A DNA stretch of 64,000 nt from Alphaproteobacteria bacterium. Its GTDB lineage: Bacteria; Pseudomonadota; Alphaproteobacteria; Micavibrionales; Micavibrionaceae. Position numbers and translations under genes: made by a program. The stretch covers positions 6,707 to 70,706 of the forward strand of contig JAEUKN010000003.1 in the NCBI GenBank assembly GCA_016794305.1. Direction: 5' to 3'. The notes beneath the pieces are model-generated. The model searched no databases. It worked only from the letters and a program-made list of their open reading frames with translations, and was not told the DNA's origin. Below are positions 27,260 through 37,102 of this stretch, one piece after another. How positions within the stretch are numbered: position 1 is the first letter of the stretch; the number at the start of each line of letters is the position of its first letter.

Positions 27260-28250
27260 GAGTTGCTCCGCTTTTGCCTGATTTACCGCTTGCCGAAGAT
27301 GATCCGGGACGCTGTTGTAAGAACTTGCCCATCGCATCGGTGATTCGTTGCCGCGTGAACGGCTTGCCGATAAAGCCTTTGGCTCCGCCGCTTTGACATT
27401 CGATGATTTTTTCCTTTTGGGTGTGAGAGCTCAACATCACCACATAGCCATGCGGGTCTGTGCGCGAGATTTGCTGCAAAATCTCGATGCCGTTCCCGTC
27501 TGGCAGTTGAATATCCAATAACACGATATCGGGCAGGTGGCGTTGATAGTAAATGATGGCCTGGCGCGCGGTTTCCGCCGTGACCACTTCAAAATCATCT
27601 TTAATCGCGAGTTTGATGAGCTGGAGCGTAAAGGCATCATCCTCCACCAATAAAATGACGGGGCGCACCCGCGCCCCGACCTGACTCCGCAACTGCTTGA
27701 TTTTTGCGGCGTTGAGTTCAATTTTAAACACATCATCGCCGTGATTTTTACTCTCCGACACGGGCGGATCTTGGCTATGATGGGTTTTGGTTTGCGGGCT
27801 TTGCCGCACCGCTTGCTCAGGCGAAACTGGCGAGGAGAGCGGGGTTTCCCGCCCGCGCCCCTCAGTCGTTGAAAATTTTAAATTTGAAATATGCGCCACA
27901 TGTTTTAAAAACATTTCCCAGTGAATTGAGAGGTCAAAAATATCAAAAAACTTGCCAAACCCTTGGAATTCTAGGGCTTTAAAGAAATTTTCCACGCATT
28001 TTTCAATCGGTAATGCGCGCCCCTGAAAACAGATTAAAATATGTTCTTCCCTGATCCAAAAAATTCGCGCCTCGGTCTGTTCAAAACAATGCTGGAGCTG
28101 CGTGAGGCAGAGATTTTGAAAAAATCCGGTATGCAGAGTCTCATGGTCCTGGAATTCAATGCTGATCACCCGCCAAGAATCAGGTTTTGAATGAATTGAG
28201 CTCAAAAACTGCGTTAAAAATTTAAGCGTATTTTCGTGATGTAGCTGCAT
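27249..28250 (-). CDS. response regulator with a C-terminal receiver domain and an unrecognised ~170-aa N-terminal domain
   Basis: Receiver: VILLVEDDAFTLQL...IVLLDIQLPDGNG...GFIGKPF. The N-terminal 170 aa have no motif I recognise. A Ser/Pro-rich linker joins the two. Confidence 0.75.
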   Translation of the reverse strand: MQLHHENTLKFLTQFLSSIHSKPDSWRVISIEFQDHETLHTGFFQNLCLTQLQHCFEQTEARIFWIREEHILICFQGRALPIEKCVENFFKALEFQGFGKFFDIFDLSIHWEMFLKHVAHISNLKFSTTEGRGRETPLSSPVSPEQAVRQSPQTKTHHSQDPPVSESKNHGDDVFKIELNAAKIKQLRSQVGARVRPVILLVEDDAFTLQLIKLAIKDDFEVVTAETARQAIIYYQRHLPDIVLLDIQLPDGNGIEILQQISRTDPHGYVVMLSSHTQKEKIIECQSGGAKGFIGKPFTRQRITDAMGKFLQQRPGSSSASGKSGKSGATHGT

Positions 28251-28542
28251 TTTCCCCTCAAAAATATTGGCTTTTCCCTATAGTTCAATTTTATCAAACC
28301 GGGGATTAATCACCGCTTAATTTTTGCGGCGTTGCGCAACAGAAACCATTGATTTTGTTAGTGTTTTTCGAGTTCTTTGGGATATAGTCAAAGGATAGGG
28401 TGGGGCCGTACAAATTACATTTTCACCATAGCTGATTTACAGCTAATTTGCCCTGCGCCTATTCTTTTGGGTAGGAAATTGGGAGGTGATCGGGGTTTAA
28501 ATCAATCTAGATTTCTCGGCGGTTTTTGAGTAATCTGTACCC

Positions 28543-30525
28543 ATGAAAATTCGTCATTTGCCCGATCATTTGATCAACCAGATTGCCGCCGGAGAAGTTG
28601 TGGAACGCCCTGCGGCTGCGGTGAAGGAATTGGTTGAAAATTCACTGGATGCGCAGGCCAGCCATATCGAAGTTGAAATTGAAAATGGCGGGCGCGATTT
28701 GATTATTGTGCGCGATAACGGTGTGGGGATGTCGGTGGATGATATGGTGGCGGCGCTCGACCGCCATGCGACCTCTAAGCTTCCCGATGATGATTTGCTC
28801 GCGATTAATTTTTTGGGATTTCGGGGGGAGGCCTTGCCCTCTATTGCCTCGGTGTCCAGCCTCAAACTCACCAGTTCCGATCAGGGCGGCAGCGCGTTTG
28901 AAATCGAGGTGGTCAACGGTGTTAAAAGTGAACCGCGCCCCTCTTCGCTTCCGCGCGGAACTGTAGTGGAGGTACGAAAATTATTCTCCTTGACTCCTGC
29001 GCGACTCAAATTTTTGAAAACTCCTGCTACGGAATATGCGGCGGTCAAGGATATGATGCAACGGTTGGCGATGGTCAATCCCGGCGTTGGTATGCGTTTA
29101 ATCCATAATGGCAGCAATAGTTTTTATTATGCTGCAGTGAGTGATCAGTCAAGCCGATCAGATCAGGCAAGCCACGCGGGTCAAGAGAATCAGGCGGATC
29201 AACATCTTTTATCCTCTCGGCTCGCATCAATTTTGGGGGCGGAGTTCACGGATAATGCAATCCCGATTGACGCCACGCGGGAGGGGATCAGCCTGCGCGG
29301 TTATATTTCAAAACCCGCCGCCAATGTGGGTAATGCCCAAAAACAATTTCTATTCGTCAATGGGCGATGTGTGCGGGATAAACAATTGCTGGGTGCTGTT
29401 CGTGCCGGATATATGGATGTTTTGGCGAAGGACCGTTACCCCGTGGTTGCGTTGTTTTTACAAATCCCGCCGGATAAAATTGATGTGAATGTGCACCCCG
29501 CGAAAGCCGAAGTGAGGTTTCAAGACGGAGCCATCGTGCGCGGGTTGATTGTGAGTGCGATCCGCCACGCCCTGCATGCCCAGGATATGAAGGGAATTAC
29601 CTCTTTGGGGGATCATATGCTGCACAAATTATCGCAGCAAAATGAGGGTGTGCGGGGCCATATTTTTGCGCCGTCTTCCTCACGCCCCGTTGCGTTTGCT
29701 GCCGGTTACAGGCCGCAACATTCCACAGATTATTCTCCCACTTATTCTATGCCCGCGCATTCTTCTTACCGCGCGGCAAATGCACAATACGCGCAGCAAA
29801 ATATGCAGCAAAATATGGAGATGCAAGAGTCTACACCCCAAGAATTTCCTGCACCCTCGCCGCAATTGCAATGGCCGCAATTCGTTGATGTTGCCCCCCA
29901 CGCACGGTTTGAACATCCCGAAGATATCCAGGAATCCGGCCATTTCCCATTGGGCTCTGCGCGGGCGCAGCTTCATGAAAATTATATTGTGGCACAGACA
30001 CGTGACGGGATAGTGATTGTGGATCAACATGCCGCGCATGAGCGTTTGGTGTATGAACGGTTTAAGGCCGCGCTTTATGGTCAGGGTCCCATCAGTCAAT
30101 TATTGCTTACTCCGGAAATCGTGAGTTTGGAGGATTCGGATTGCGCGCGGCTCTTGGACTCACGCGATATCTTTGCGCGGTCAGGGTTGGAGATTGAAGC
30201 GTTTGGAGTAGGGGCTATAGCGGTGCGCGCTATTCCGGAACTGCTCGCGGGGCGGGTGGATGTTGCACAATTGCTGCGTGATCTTGCGGATCAATTGATC
30301 GAAGATATCGGGGCGGACGGCGTTGAAGCCAAGTTAAACGGGATTTTGTCCACGATGGCGTGTCACGGTTCTGTGCGCTCCGGGCGGCGACTCACGCAAA
30401 AGGAAATGGATGCTTTGCTGCGGGAAATGGAACGTACGCCGCTTTCGGCACAATGTAACCACGGTCGGCCTACCTTTGTTGCACTTTCATTGAAAGATAT
30501 CGAAAAACTTTTTAAGCGAACTTAA
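28543..30525 (+). CDS. mutL: DNA mismatch repair protein MutL
   Basis: 660 aa. N-terminus LINQIAAGEVVERPAAAVKELVENSLDA, DNGVGM, GFRGEALPSIASVS and the C-terminal endonuclease region (DQHAAHERLVYE). Confidence 0.95.
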   Translation: MKIRHLPDHLINQIAAGEVVERPAAAVKELVENSLDAQASHIEVEIENGGRDLIIVRDNGVGMSVDDMVAALDRHATSKLPDDDLLAINFLGFRGEALPSIASVSSLKLTSSDQGGSAFEIEVVNGVKSEPRPSSLPRGTVVEVRKLFSLTPARLKFLKTPATEYAAVKDMMQRLAMVNPGVGMRLIHNGSNSFYYAAVSDQSSRSDQASHAGQENQADQHLLSSRLASILGAEFTDNAIPIDATREGISLRGYISKPAANVGNAQKQFLFVNGRCVRDKQLLGAVRAGYMDVLAKDRYPVVALFLQIPPDKIDVNVHPAKAEVRFQDGAIVRGLIVSAIRHALHAQDMKGITSLGDHMLHKLSQQNEGVRGHIFAPSSSRPVAFAAGYRPQHSTDYSPTYSMPAHSSYRAANAQYAQQNMQQNMEMQESTPQEFPAPSPQLQWPQFVDVAPHARFEHPEDIQESGHFPLGSARAQLHENYIVAQTRDGIVIVDQHAAHERLVYERFKAALYGQGPISQLLLTPEIVSLEDSDCARLLDSRDIFARSGLEIEAFGVGAIAVRAIPELLAGRVDVAQLLRDLADQLIEDIGADGVEAKLNGILSTMACHGSVRSGRRLTQKEMDALLREMERTPLSAQCNHGRPTFVALSLKDIEKLFKRT

Positions 30526-30535
30526 ACCATTTTTG

Positions 30536-30639
30536 TAGACCATTTTTGGTTTGGGTAGAATTAAAAAATGGTCTAAGTATTTGTTTTGTCGCATTTTGTT
30601 ACGATTAACCGGCTTCCGCTTAATCGCAAAATGCTCTAG
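30536..30639 (+). repeat. 104-bp dispersed repeat (hairpin module plus a ~58-bp module), copy 1
   Basis: tagaccattttt...aaaaaatggtctaagtatttgttttgtcgcattttgttacgattaaccggcttccgcttaatcgcaaaatgctctag. The reverse complement of 43536-43640 matches, with one mismatch in the ~75-bp right-hand part by manual alignment. Confidence 0.9.
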
Positions 30640-30663
30640 TTGGAAATTGGGGGAAATCAATTT

Positions 30664-31167
30664 ATGTCCGAACGTCATAGAATTTTGGTCATGTATTTGT
30701 TGTTGTTGAGCTCAATTGTTTTGATCTCCATTCTCACACCGCTGTGCCAGTTGATCGCGGCGATTGGGATTTACGGGACTTTATTTGCCTCCTATATCCT
30801 GCGCAAAATGCATCATATTGATGATATTGTCACCAATCACGCAATTTATATTTCGCGCACCATCTGGATTTGGACGCTGTTTTTATTTCTAGGAGTTTTA
30901 GGTGCCGTCATAACGATTTTGTTCAATATGGACACGACGGAAATTCACAGTCTGATGGACCAGATAAATGCAGGCCAGGGGGGGATGGACGAAGCCGCAT
31001 TAGATTCCTCAATGCAGAAATTTTCCCAAGCCAATGAAAAACTTGTGATGACCGCACTTATCCTTTGGTTGCTCCCAATTCAGGCCTATGCGCTCTGGCG
31101 GGTTCATAAGGGCATCAGCCGCGCGATGGGCGGATATAGAATTCAAAACCCTACAAAATGGTTTTAA
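30664..31167 (+). CDS. hypothetical integral membrane protein
   Basis: ATG at 30664 after GGGGGA. About four predicted hydrophobic helices (VMYLLLLSSIVLISIL, IAAIGIYGTLFASYIL, IWIWTLFLFLGVLGAVITILF, MTALILWLLPIQAYALW). No recognised family. Confidence 0.55.
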   Translation: MSERHRILVMYLLLLSSIVLISILTPLCQLIAAIGIYGTLFASYILRKMHHIDDIVTNHAIYISRTIWIWTLFLFLGVLGAVITILFNMDTTEIHSLMDQINAGQGGMDEAALDSSMQKFSQANEKLVMTALILWLLPIQAYALWRVHKGISRAMGGYRIQNPTKWF

Positions 31168-31254
31168 AAACTGTTTATGATCTTTTTCACAACCCAGCAA
31201 ATTTCGTAACCCGACCCCACTCGCAACCCCGTGCCTGACACGGGGTCTCACGTT

Positions 31255-31403
31255 TAAGAACCTGTTCATGATCTCTACTCCGGCGTTGGCTTTTCACGGT
31301 ATTTCTGCGCTTCCGCTTCTCACGTACATCTATGTACGATCCGATGCGGTTCTCGAAAAACCGCAAAAATCCTTAGCCGCAGCGAGATCATGAATAGGTT
31401 CTA
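31255..31403 (+). mobile_element. MITE copy A (~149 bp, palindromic, TA-flanked)
   Basis: Terminal inverted repeats TAAGAACCTGTTCATGATCTC ... GAGATCATGAATAGGTTCTA. Central palindrome cgtacat-ct-atgtacg. No ORF. Four more full copies in the window. Confidence 0.85.
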
Positions 31404-31834
31404 AAAAACCGCAAAGCCGCAAAGGTTTTTACGGGTTTTTTTAGCCACGAATAGCCACGAATGATCACGAATTTTGAAATATAATAAGTATAGGAACGGT
31501 GTTTTAAAATCTCATATCAAAATAGATACAGGGGGACTCGAAAATTTACAAAAATAGAACGCGCAGCGTTCAGAAAAAACAATCTTGCAATAGGATAAGT
31601 TATTTATTTATAAACTAAAATTATCTCTTTCTCTGTGCCCTCTGCGCCCTCTCTGCGTTTAAAAATTAAAAAGCGAGAGGAGCCAACAAAACTCCGTAAC
31701 CCCGTAAAAGAAAAAGTCGAATGAATGAGATTTTTTCGCATATACGGGGTCAGGAGAGTAGATTCAGACCCCGCATCAAGTGCGGGGTTACGCGTGGGGG
31801 CGGGGTTGCGGAAGGTGAGGGGCAAAGGAGCTGT

Positions 31835-32659
31835 TTAAGATTTTGCAATTTGATCGAGCGATTTTAATTTGCTTAAAACGCGATCTAAATCCTCTAATTT
31901 AAGCATATTTGGCCCGTCTGAGGGGGCGGTATCGGGGTTTTGGTGCACCTCCATAAATACCCCGGCCACACCCACCGCGATGGCGGCGCGGGCCAAAACC
32001 GGCACCATGGTGCGGTCGCCGCCGCTTGATGTTCCTTGTCCGCCCGGTTGCTGCACGGAATGTGTGGCATCAAACACAACCGGATAGCCGGTTTGCGCCA
32101 TGATCGGCAGCGCGCGCATGTCAGAGACCAGCGTATTATACCCAAAACTCGCGCCGCGTTCACAGAGCAAAATATTCTCATTCCCCGTTGACGCGATTTT
32201 GGCCGCGACATTTTTCATGTCCCATGGTGCCAGAAATTGGCCCTTTTTGACGTTGATCACCTTGCCCGTGCGCCCTGCTGCCAGCAGCAAATCTGTCTGG
32301 CGGCACAAAAACGCAGGGATTTGCAATATATCCACATGGGGGGCAACGATGGCGCATTGTTCTTCGCTATGCACATCGGTGAGCATAGGAAGCTTGAAAT
32401 CCCGTTTTAAATCATCAAAAATCTGCATGGCTTCGTCGAAACTGACGCCGCTGCGCACCCCTTGGGCACTTGTGCGGTTGGCTTTGTCGAACGAAGTTTT
32501 ATAGATAAAAGGAATCGAGAGTTTCTCTGTAATCTCCTTAATCGCGCCGCACATGTCATAGGCATGTTCGCGGCTTTCCAACACGCAGGGACCGGCGATC
32601 AGGAAAAACGGAGAGTCGTTAGAAACCTGAAAATCGCCAATTGAAACTTTTTTCATCAT
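31835..32659 (-). CDS. kdsA: 2-dehydro-3-deoxyphosphooctonate aldolase (KDO-8-P synthase)
   Basis: 274 aa. FFLIAGPCVLESREHA, IPFIYKTSFDKANRTS, LQIPAFLCRQTDLL, NVKKGQFLAPWD and VFDATHSVQQPGG. Confidence 0.95.
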   Translation of the reverse strand: MMKKVSIGDFQVSNDSPFFLIAGPCVLESREHAYDMCGAIKEITEKLSIPFIYKTSFDKANRTSAQGVRSGVSFDEAMQIFDDLKRDFKLPMLTDVHSEEQCAIVAPHVDILQIPAFLCRQTDLLLAAGRTGKVINVKKGQFLAPWDMKNVAAKIASTGNENILLCERGASFGYNTLVSDMRALPIMAQTGYPVVFDATHSVQQPGGQGTSSGGDRTMVPVLARAAIAVGVAGVFMEVHQNPDTAPSDGPNMLKLEDLDRVLSKLKSLDQIAKS

Positions 32660-32838
32660 TTGAATTTAACCTTTTTGGTGATAGACTGCCCAGTTGTATT
32701 TACAGCATATTTAATTGGTTTTATAGCTTTTTCAATGTATTTTCTGAGAGCCTGTTCACTATCTCGCTAGCTCAAAGAGTTTTACGAATTTTTCATTCCA
32801 ATTTATTAAGGAGTTGGTTTAAGCTGAATTAGTTTTTT

Positions 32839-33045
32839 TAACCGCAGAGACGCAGAGGACACAGAGAGCTTTTTATACATGATGATTTTTTTTCTGCTGC
32901 TCAAAGCAAAAAGAAGTAAAAAAATGAACGCGCAGCGTTCGAAGCGCATACATGATAAAACGTTCTAACTAATTGAATTTAAACAATATTTGTTCCTTAT
33001 GTTTTTCTCTGTTTACTCTGCGTCTCTGTGGTTTTAAAAATTAAG
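32839..33045. repeat. ~207-bp inverted-repeat-bounded element (CTCTGCG-rich arms around a gaacgc-gca-gcgttc hairpin)
   Basis: Left arm ttaaccgcagagacgcagaggacacagagagc is the inverted form of right arm ctctgtttactctgcgtctctgtggttttaaaaattaag. The central hairpin is at 32926-32940. A half copy (hairpin 31557-31571 plus arm 31625-31672) lies on the other side of kdsA. Confidence 0.75.
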
Positions 33046-33170
33046 TCCGCCTTATCTCAAAATATATTCGTAAGGACTCAAAGCAAAAAAGATGATGAAC
33101 AGGTTCTTAGGGGGTTGCCTCAACTTCTATTTTTTTATTTCAGAGTTAAAGATTTCAGGAACATAATTTC

Positions 33171-34598
33171 ATGCGATTAATGATTGTCGGACATTTGGAG
33201 GGGCATATCTCTGCCGCGGGTAAAATTGCCCTGCAAAAAGGTGCAAAAGTCCTGCATTGTGAGGATGTAGACCAGGCCATCGGGGCGCTGCGCAATGGCA
33301 AAGGGGCAGATCTGGTCATGGTGGATTTGAAACAAAATATTGCCCAATTTATTCAGGATTTGAAAAAGGAACGTATTTTCCTGCCCGTGGTGGCGTGCGG
33401 TATTGGCACCGATGCGCGGGCTGCCGTCAAGGCGATTGAGCAGGGCGCGAAGGAATATGTGCCGCTTCCGCCCGATGCTGATTTAATTGCTGCGATTCTA
33501 GAGGCGGTGACGCAGGAAAGCAACGCCATGATCGCCAATGATGTTGCGATGCAGCAAATCGTGACATTGGCTAATCGCATTGCGCCGTCTGATGCAACCA
33601 TCCTCATCACCGGGGAATCGGGGACGGGGAAAGAGGTCATGGCGCGCTATGTTCATCGTAAATCGCGCCGCGCGAATGGTCCGTTTATTGCAGTTAATTG
33701 TGCAGCAATTCCTGAAGCGTTATTGGAATCGGAATTGTTCGGCCATGAAAAGGGGGCCTTTACCGGCGCGGTGGCGCGGCGATTGGGCAAGTTTGAAGAA
33801 GCCAATGGCGGCACGCTCTTACTGGATGAAATCTCGGAAATGCATCCGCTTTTACAGGCCAAATTGCTGCGCGCGTTGCAAGAACGTGAGATCACGCGCA
33901 TCGGCAGCAATGACCCGGTTAAGGTCGATGTGCGGATCTTGGCGACCTCTAACCGCAATATGGAGGAGTCGATCAAAAAGGGCGAATTTCGCGAAGATTT
34001 ATATTTCCGATTGAATGTTGTGAATATCAAACTGCCCGCATTGCGTGAACGAAAAGGCGACCTGGCGGCACTCTCGCAACTTTTTGTCGATAAATTTTCG
34101 CAGCAAAATAATCTGGAGCCGAAAAAACTCTCTGCCGCAGCGATTGAGAAAATCCGCGCCCATCACTGGAAGGGCAATATTCGGGAACTCGAAAACACCC
34201 TCCATCGCGCCGTATTAATGTCGATGGAAGATGAGTTGGAAGCGGAGGCGATTTATATCCCTGAGCTTGAGCATTTAAGGGCCGCGGCCCCCTCTTCCCC
34301 TGCGGCTAGTGAGCCTAAGCCTCGCTCTGCGTTGGGTGATTCGCAGCTCAAACAAGAGGAGGGCGGGGCGCTTCAGAATGGTCAATCAACTGAACTCGGA
34401 AACGCAGCCGAGTCAGCAGCCGAGTCATTGGTGGGGCGCAAACTCGCGGATGTTGAACGGGATTTGATTCTGGGTACGCTCGATCATTGTCTGGGCAACC
34501 GTACCCATGCCGCCAATATTTTGGGCATATCTATTCGCACCTTGCGTAACAAACTCTCACAATATCGCGGGGAGGGGATTGACGTGGTGGAGTCATGA
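33171..34598 (+). CDS. sigma-54-dependent transcriptional activator (NtrC family, FlbD-like atypical receiver)
   Basis: 475 aa. N-terminal receiver-like domain (ADLVMVDL), AAA+ core (ITGESGTGKEV, GAFTGA, ESELFGHEKGAFTG) and a C-terminal Fis-type HTH (NRTHAANILGISIRTLRNKL). The N-terminal region resembles my recollection of the flagellar regulator FlbD. Confidence 0.8.
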   Translation: MRLMIVGHLEGHISAAGKIALQKGAKVLHCEDVDQAIGALRNGKGADLVMVDLKQNIAQFIQDLKKERIFLPVVACGIGTDARAAVKAIEQGAKEYVPLPPDADLIAAILEAVTQESNAMIANDVAMQQIVTLANRIAPSDATILITGESGTGKEVMARYVHRKSRRANGPFIAVNCAAIPEALLESELFGHEKGAFTGAVARRLGKFEEANGGTLLLDEISEMHPLLQAKLLRALQEREITRIGSNDPVKVDVRILATSNRNMEESIKKGEFREDLYFRLNVVNIKLPALRERKGDLAALSQLFVDKFSQQNNLEPKKLSAAAIEKIRAHHWKGNIRELENTLHRAVLMSMEDELEAEAIYIPELEHLRAAAPSSPAASEPKPRSALGDSQLKQEEGGALQNGQSTELGNAAESAAESLVGRKLADVERDLILGTLDHCLGNRTHAANILGISIRTLRNKLSQYRGEGIDVVES

Positions 34599-34905
34599 TC
34601 TCATTTAACCACTCAAGTTCAGAAATATATTTTAGTGTTGAATGCGGGGTTACGAAATTTCGGGGAGACAAGCTATTCGTGGGCATTCATTCTTATTCGT
34701 GAAAATTCGTGACTTAAAAATATCATCAGCAGGTTTTCAAAAACAATGAGCCAAACAATAGGCCGAAACAATAGGCCGAGTGCGGGCCAGATTGTCACAG
34801 AGTCGATGATTTGTATGAAATCCTAACCTTCCGTTTAGAATTAAGCTTTAAACTGAAAAAAAGGACTTTTAATCCATTTTATGACATTTTAAAAAGACGC
34901 GCCCT

Positions 34906-35832
34906 ATGCCGAACACAAAATTTTGCCATGGAATCTCCGATATTTCGGACAGTTATACCGGTTTTATCATTGATACATGGGGCGTATTACATGATACGGA
35001 ACGCGTTTTTGACGGCGCGGTGGAGTGTTTGAAGGAACTCAAAGCGCGTAAAAAATTCGTGCTGTTAATGTCCAATTCCGAACTGGACGCGGCGCATATG
35101 CGGATCTCGCTCAAGGAACTCGGGTTGGCGGAAAATTTATACAGCGACATTTTAACCTCCGGCGAGCTGTTATCCTATGGCATCAAAACCCAAAAAGACG
35201 GGGTTTTTGAAGGAATGGGCAAAAATTGTTACCTGATCGGCGGGGATCGTGCGCGCAAATTTTTAGAAGATAACCAGGTCAAAATTGTAAAATATCTGGA
35301 GGATGCGAGCTTTATGCTCATCTCCGGTTGGGATTATTTAGAGGGCGATATCGCAAGTTACGAAACTTTGCTGCGCGAAGCCATTCGCAAAAAAATCAAA
35401 ATTTTATGCATCAATCCGGACTCGCGCGCGCTGTTGGGGAATAATTATAAAACCGCTACAGTGAATATCAGCCGCAGGATTCAAGAGCTGGGCGGTGTGG
35501 TGCACATGATCGGCAAACCCTATAAGCCGATTTTTTATCACGCCATTCACATTTTACACCGCAACGGTATCTATCCCGGGCAAACCGTGATGGTGGGGGA
35601 TACGATGGCGCATGATATTGTGGGGGCCTCACTGGTCAATATGGATACGTGCCTGGTGCGCAGTGGGATGCACGCCCCGATTTTTAAAAATTCGGCAACC
35701 CCGGCGGATGTTAATAAGGCGCTCAATATTCTGGTTAATCAATATAACAACGTGCGGCCGACCTATCTGGTTGACCGATTGAAATGGGGCAAGGCTCTCC
35801 CTGATCGTAAACACAAAAAACGCGCGGGTTGA
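34906..35832 (+). CDS. HAD-superfamily hydrolase, subfamily IIA
   Basis: 308 aa. Motif I FIIDTWGVLHD, MSNS, GKPYKPIF and motif IV MVGDTMAHDIVGA. Confidence 0.8.
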   Translation: MPNTKFCHGISDISDSYTGFIIDTWGVLHDTERVFDGAVECLKELKARKKFVLLMSNSELDAAHMRISLKELGLAENLYSDILTSGELLSYGIKTQKDGVFEGMGKNCYLIGGDRARKFLEDNQVKIVKYLEDASFMLISGWDYLEGDIASYETLLREAIRKKIKILCINPDSRALLGNNYKTATVNISRRIQELGGVVHMIGKPYKPIFYHAIHILHRNGIYPGQTVMVGDTMAHDIVGASLVNMDTCLVRSGMHAPIFKNSATPADVNKALNILVNQYNNVRPTYLVDRLKWGKALPDRKHKKRAG

Positions 35833-35927
35833 AAGCCTGTTCATCATCCCGTTGGCTTTGGGGGATTCTTCCCCTTGCCTCATCCGTTCCGCGACCGCGC
35901 CAATATCCGTCGCACTTCTGCCTGGAG

Positions 35928-36986
35928 TTAAGCTTTTGCTTGTAGGTCCATTCCTAGCCCCCCGGCCCAAGCAGCTTTGCTGGGAGTCTCTCCGTGAACA
36001 GGGATCTGTATAGGTTGTCGTCCATAGTAGCCGGTATCTCTAGCTATAGATTCACTCATAAAAACGCATGCTATTGCGCGGTTTGCATTTACTTCCTCAC
36101 AAAATCTAGGGTTCGTGGATTCTTTATAAACACGTACAGTTTCAACCACGCCCCCTTTACTGTCTGCGCTTTGATAAAAGCCCGTATCAGGTACAATTAC
36201 CGGGATGCCATTAACTTTTTCGAATTCTTTAGTGACATCCAGCTCCCTAACCAATGGCTCAGGGCCACAAGTATCCAAGTTTTCAGGATCTACAAAACGA
36301 TGAACAACGACAACAGGACCACCGCCAGCTAGTAATTCATTAATTTTGTCAATGGGACTTACAGGAAAATATAATGCCTGCGCTTGGTCAGGATGGCCTG
36401 ATCTCATGGTAGTACTGTCTAATGACGTTATTGGTACGGGGCCGCAACGAACAGTGGCTACCTCTAAAAATGTAGTAGCTAGGGGGAGTTTATAAGGCTT
36501 GCCATCAACCTTAATTTGCGGCTCGTTGTTATCATTTACGCCAAGCTCTCCCCCCTTAATGATGGTCCGTTTCAACACAGTATCAAAACCATCACCACTA
36601 TCTGGTTTAGGCAGAACATCAAAAACGTCGATACCGAATGCCAAAAGAATATCCATAAGATCACGGGATTGAAAAACTCCTTGGGCAAACATACTGACGG
36701 CACAAGGCTTTACGATTTCAGAACGCAAAGCATCCAATAGTTCATTTACGTTGTTTTTAGCATCTGGATCTGGACACCAAAGGTCTAAATTCTTTAGATC
36801 AATACCCAATTGCTTTGCTGCATTGTTTGCTTTGGCCAGGCAATAAGTAACCCTATCCATCCAGCCCTGCTTTGTACAGCGTATCAAAGATTCTATCAAA
36901 GCTCTGCTTTTCCCTAAATCTTGCAATTCTTGTCTTAATTTATTGTTATGATCGTCTAGTTCTCCGCTCATAAGATTTAACTCCAT
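35928..36986 (-). CDS. hypothetical protein (orphan, AT-rich)
   Basis: Clean 352-codon frame. N-terminal coiled-coil-like segment. No catalytic or structural motif recognised. Flanked by MITE-related remnants. Confidence 0.55.
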   Translation of the reverse strand: MELNLMSGELDDHNNKLRQELQDLGKSRALIESLIRCTKQGWMDRVTYCLAKANNAAKQLGIDLKNLDLWCPDPDAKNNVNELLDALRSEIVKPCAVSMFAQGVFQSRDLMDILLAFGIDVFDVLPKPDSGDGFDTVLKRTIIKGGELGVNDNNEPQIKVDGKPYKLPLATTFLEVATVRCGPVPITSLDSTTMRSGHPDQAQALYFPVSPIDKINELLAGGGPVVVVHRFVDPENLDTCGPEPLVRELDVTKEFEKVNGIPVIVPDTGFYQSADSKGGVVETVRVYKESTNPRFCEEVNANRAIACVFMSESIARDTGYYGRQPIQIPVHGETPSKAAWAGGLGMDLQAKA

Positions 36987-37102
36987 TTCTAAATACTATA
37001 TTAAAATACAACGCTTTTTAACATAGCGCAACAAGATTATCAATAATAAATTTCCATATAGTTGAATCCATAAATATTTTGACGTGTAGTCTTTTTTGTG
37101 AG

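Noticed and set aside
31604-31825. 73-aa minus-strand ORF and other small ORFs in the kdsA flanks (for example 32641-32832, 30487-30678, 31009-31269)
   Set aside because: They lie entirely within or across dispersed repeat modules, have no RBS, and their sequences are dictated by the repeats.
34594-34607. A 14-nt string TCATGATCTCATTT shared by the 3' end of the sigma-54 activator gene and the 5' end of the PAS kinase gene (55261-55274), resembling the MITE TIR core
   Set aside because: By my estimate, roughly 4e9 position pairs (both strands) divided by 4^14 gives on the order of ten chance 14-mer matches in 64 kb. Only 10 nt overlap the TIR. This is not significant on its own.
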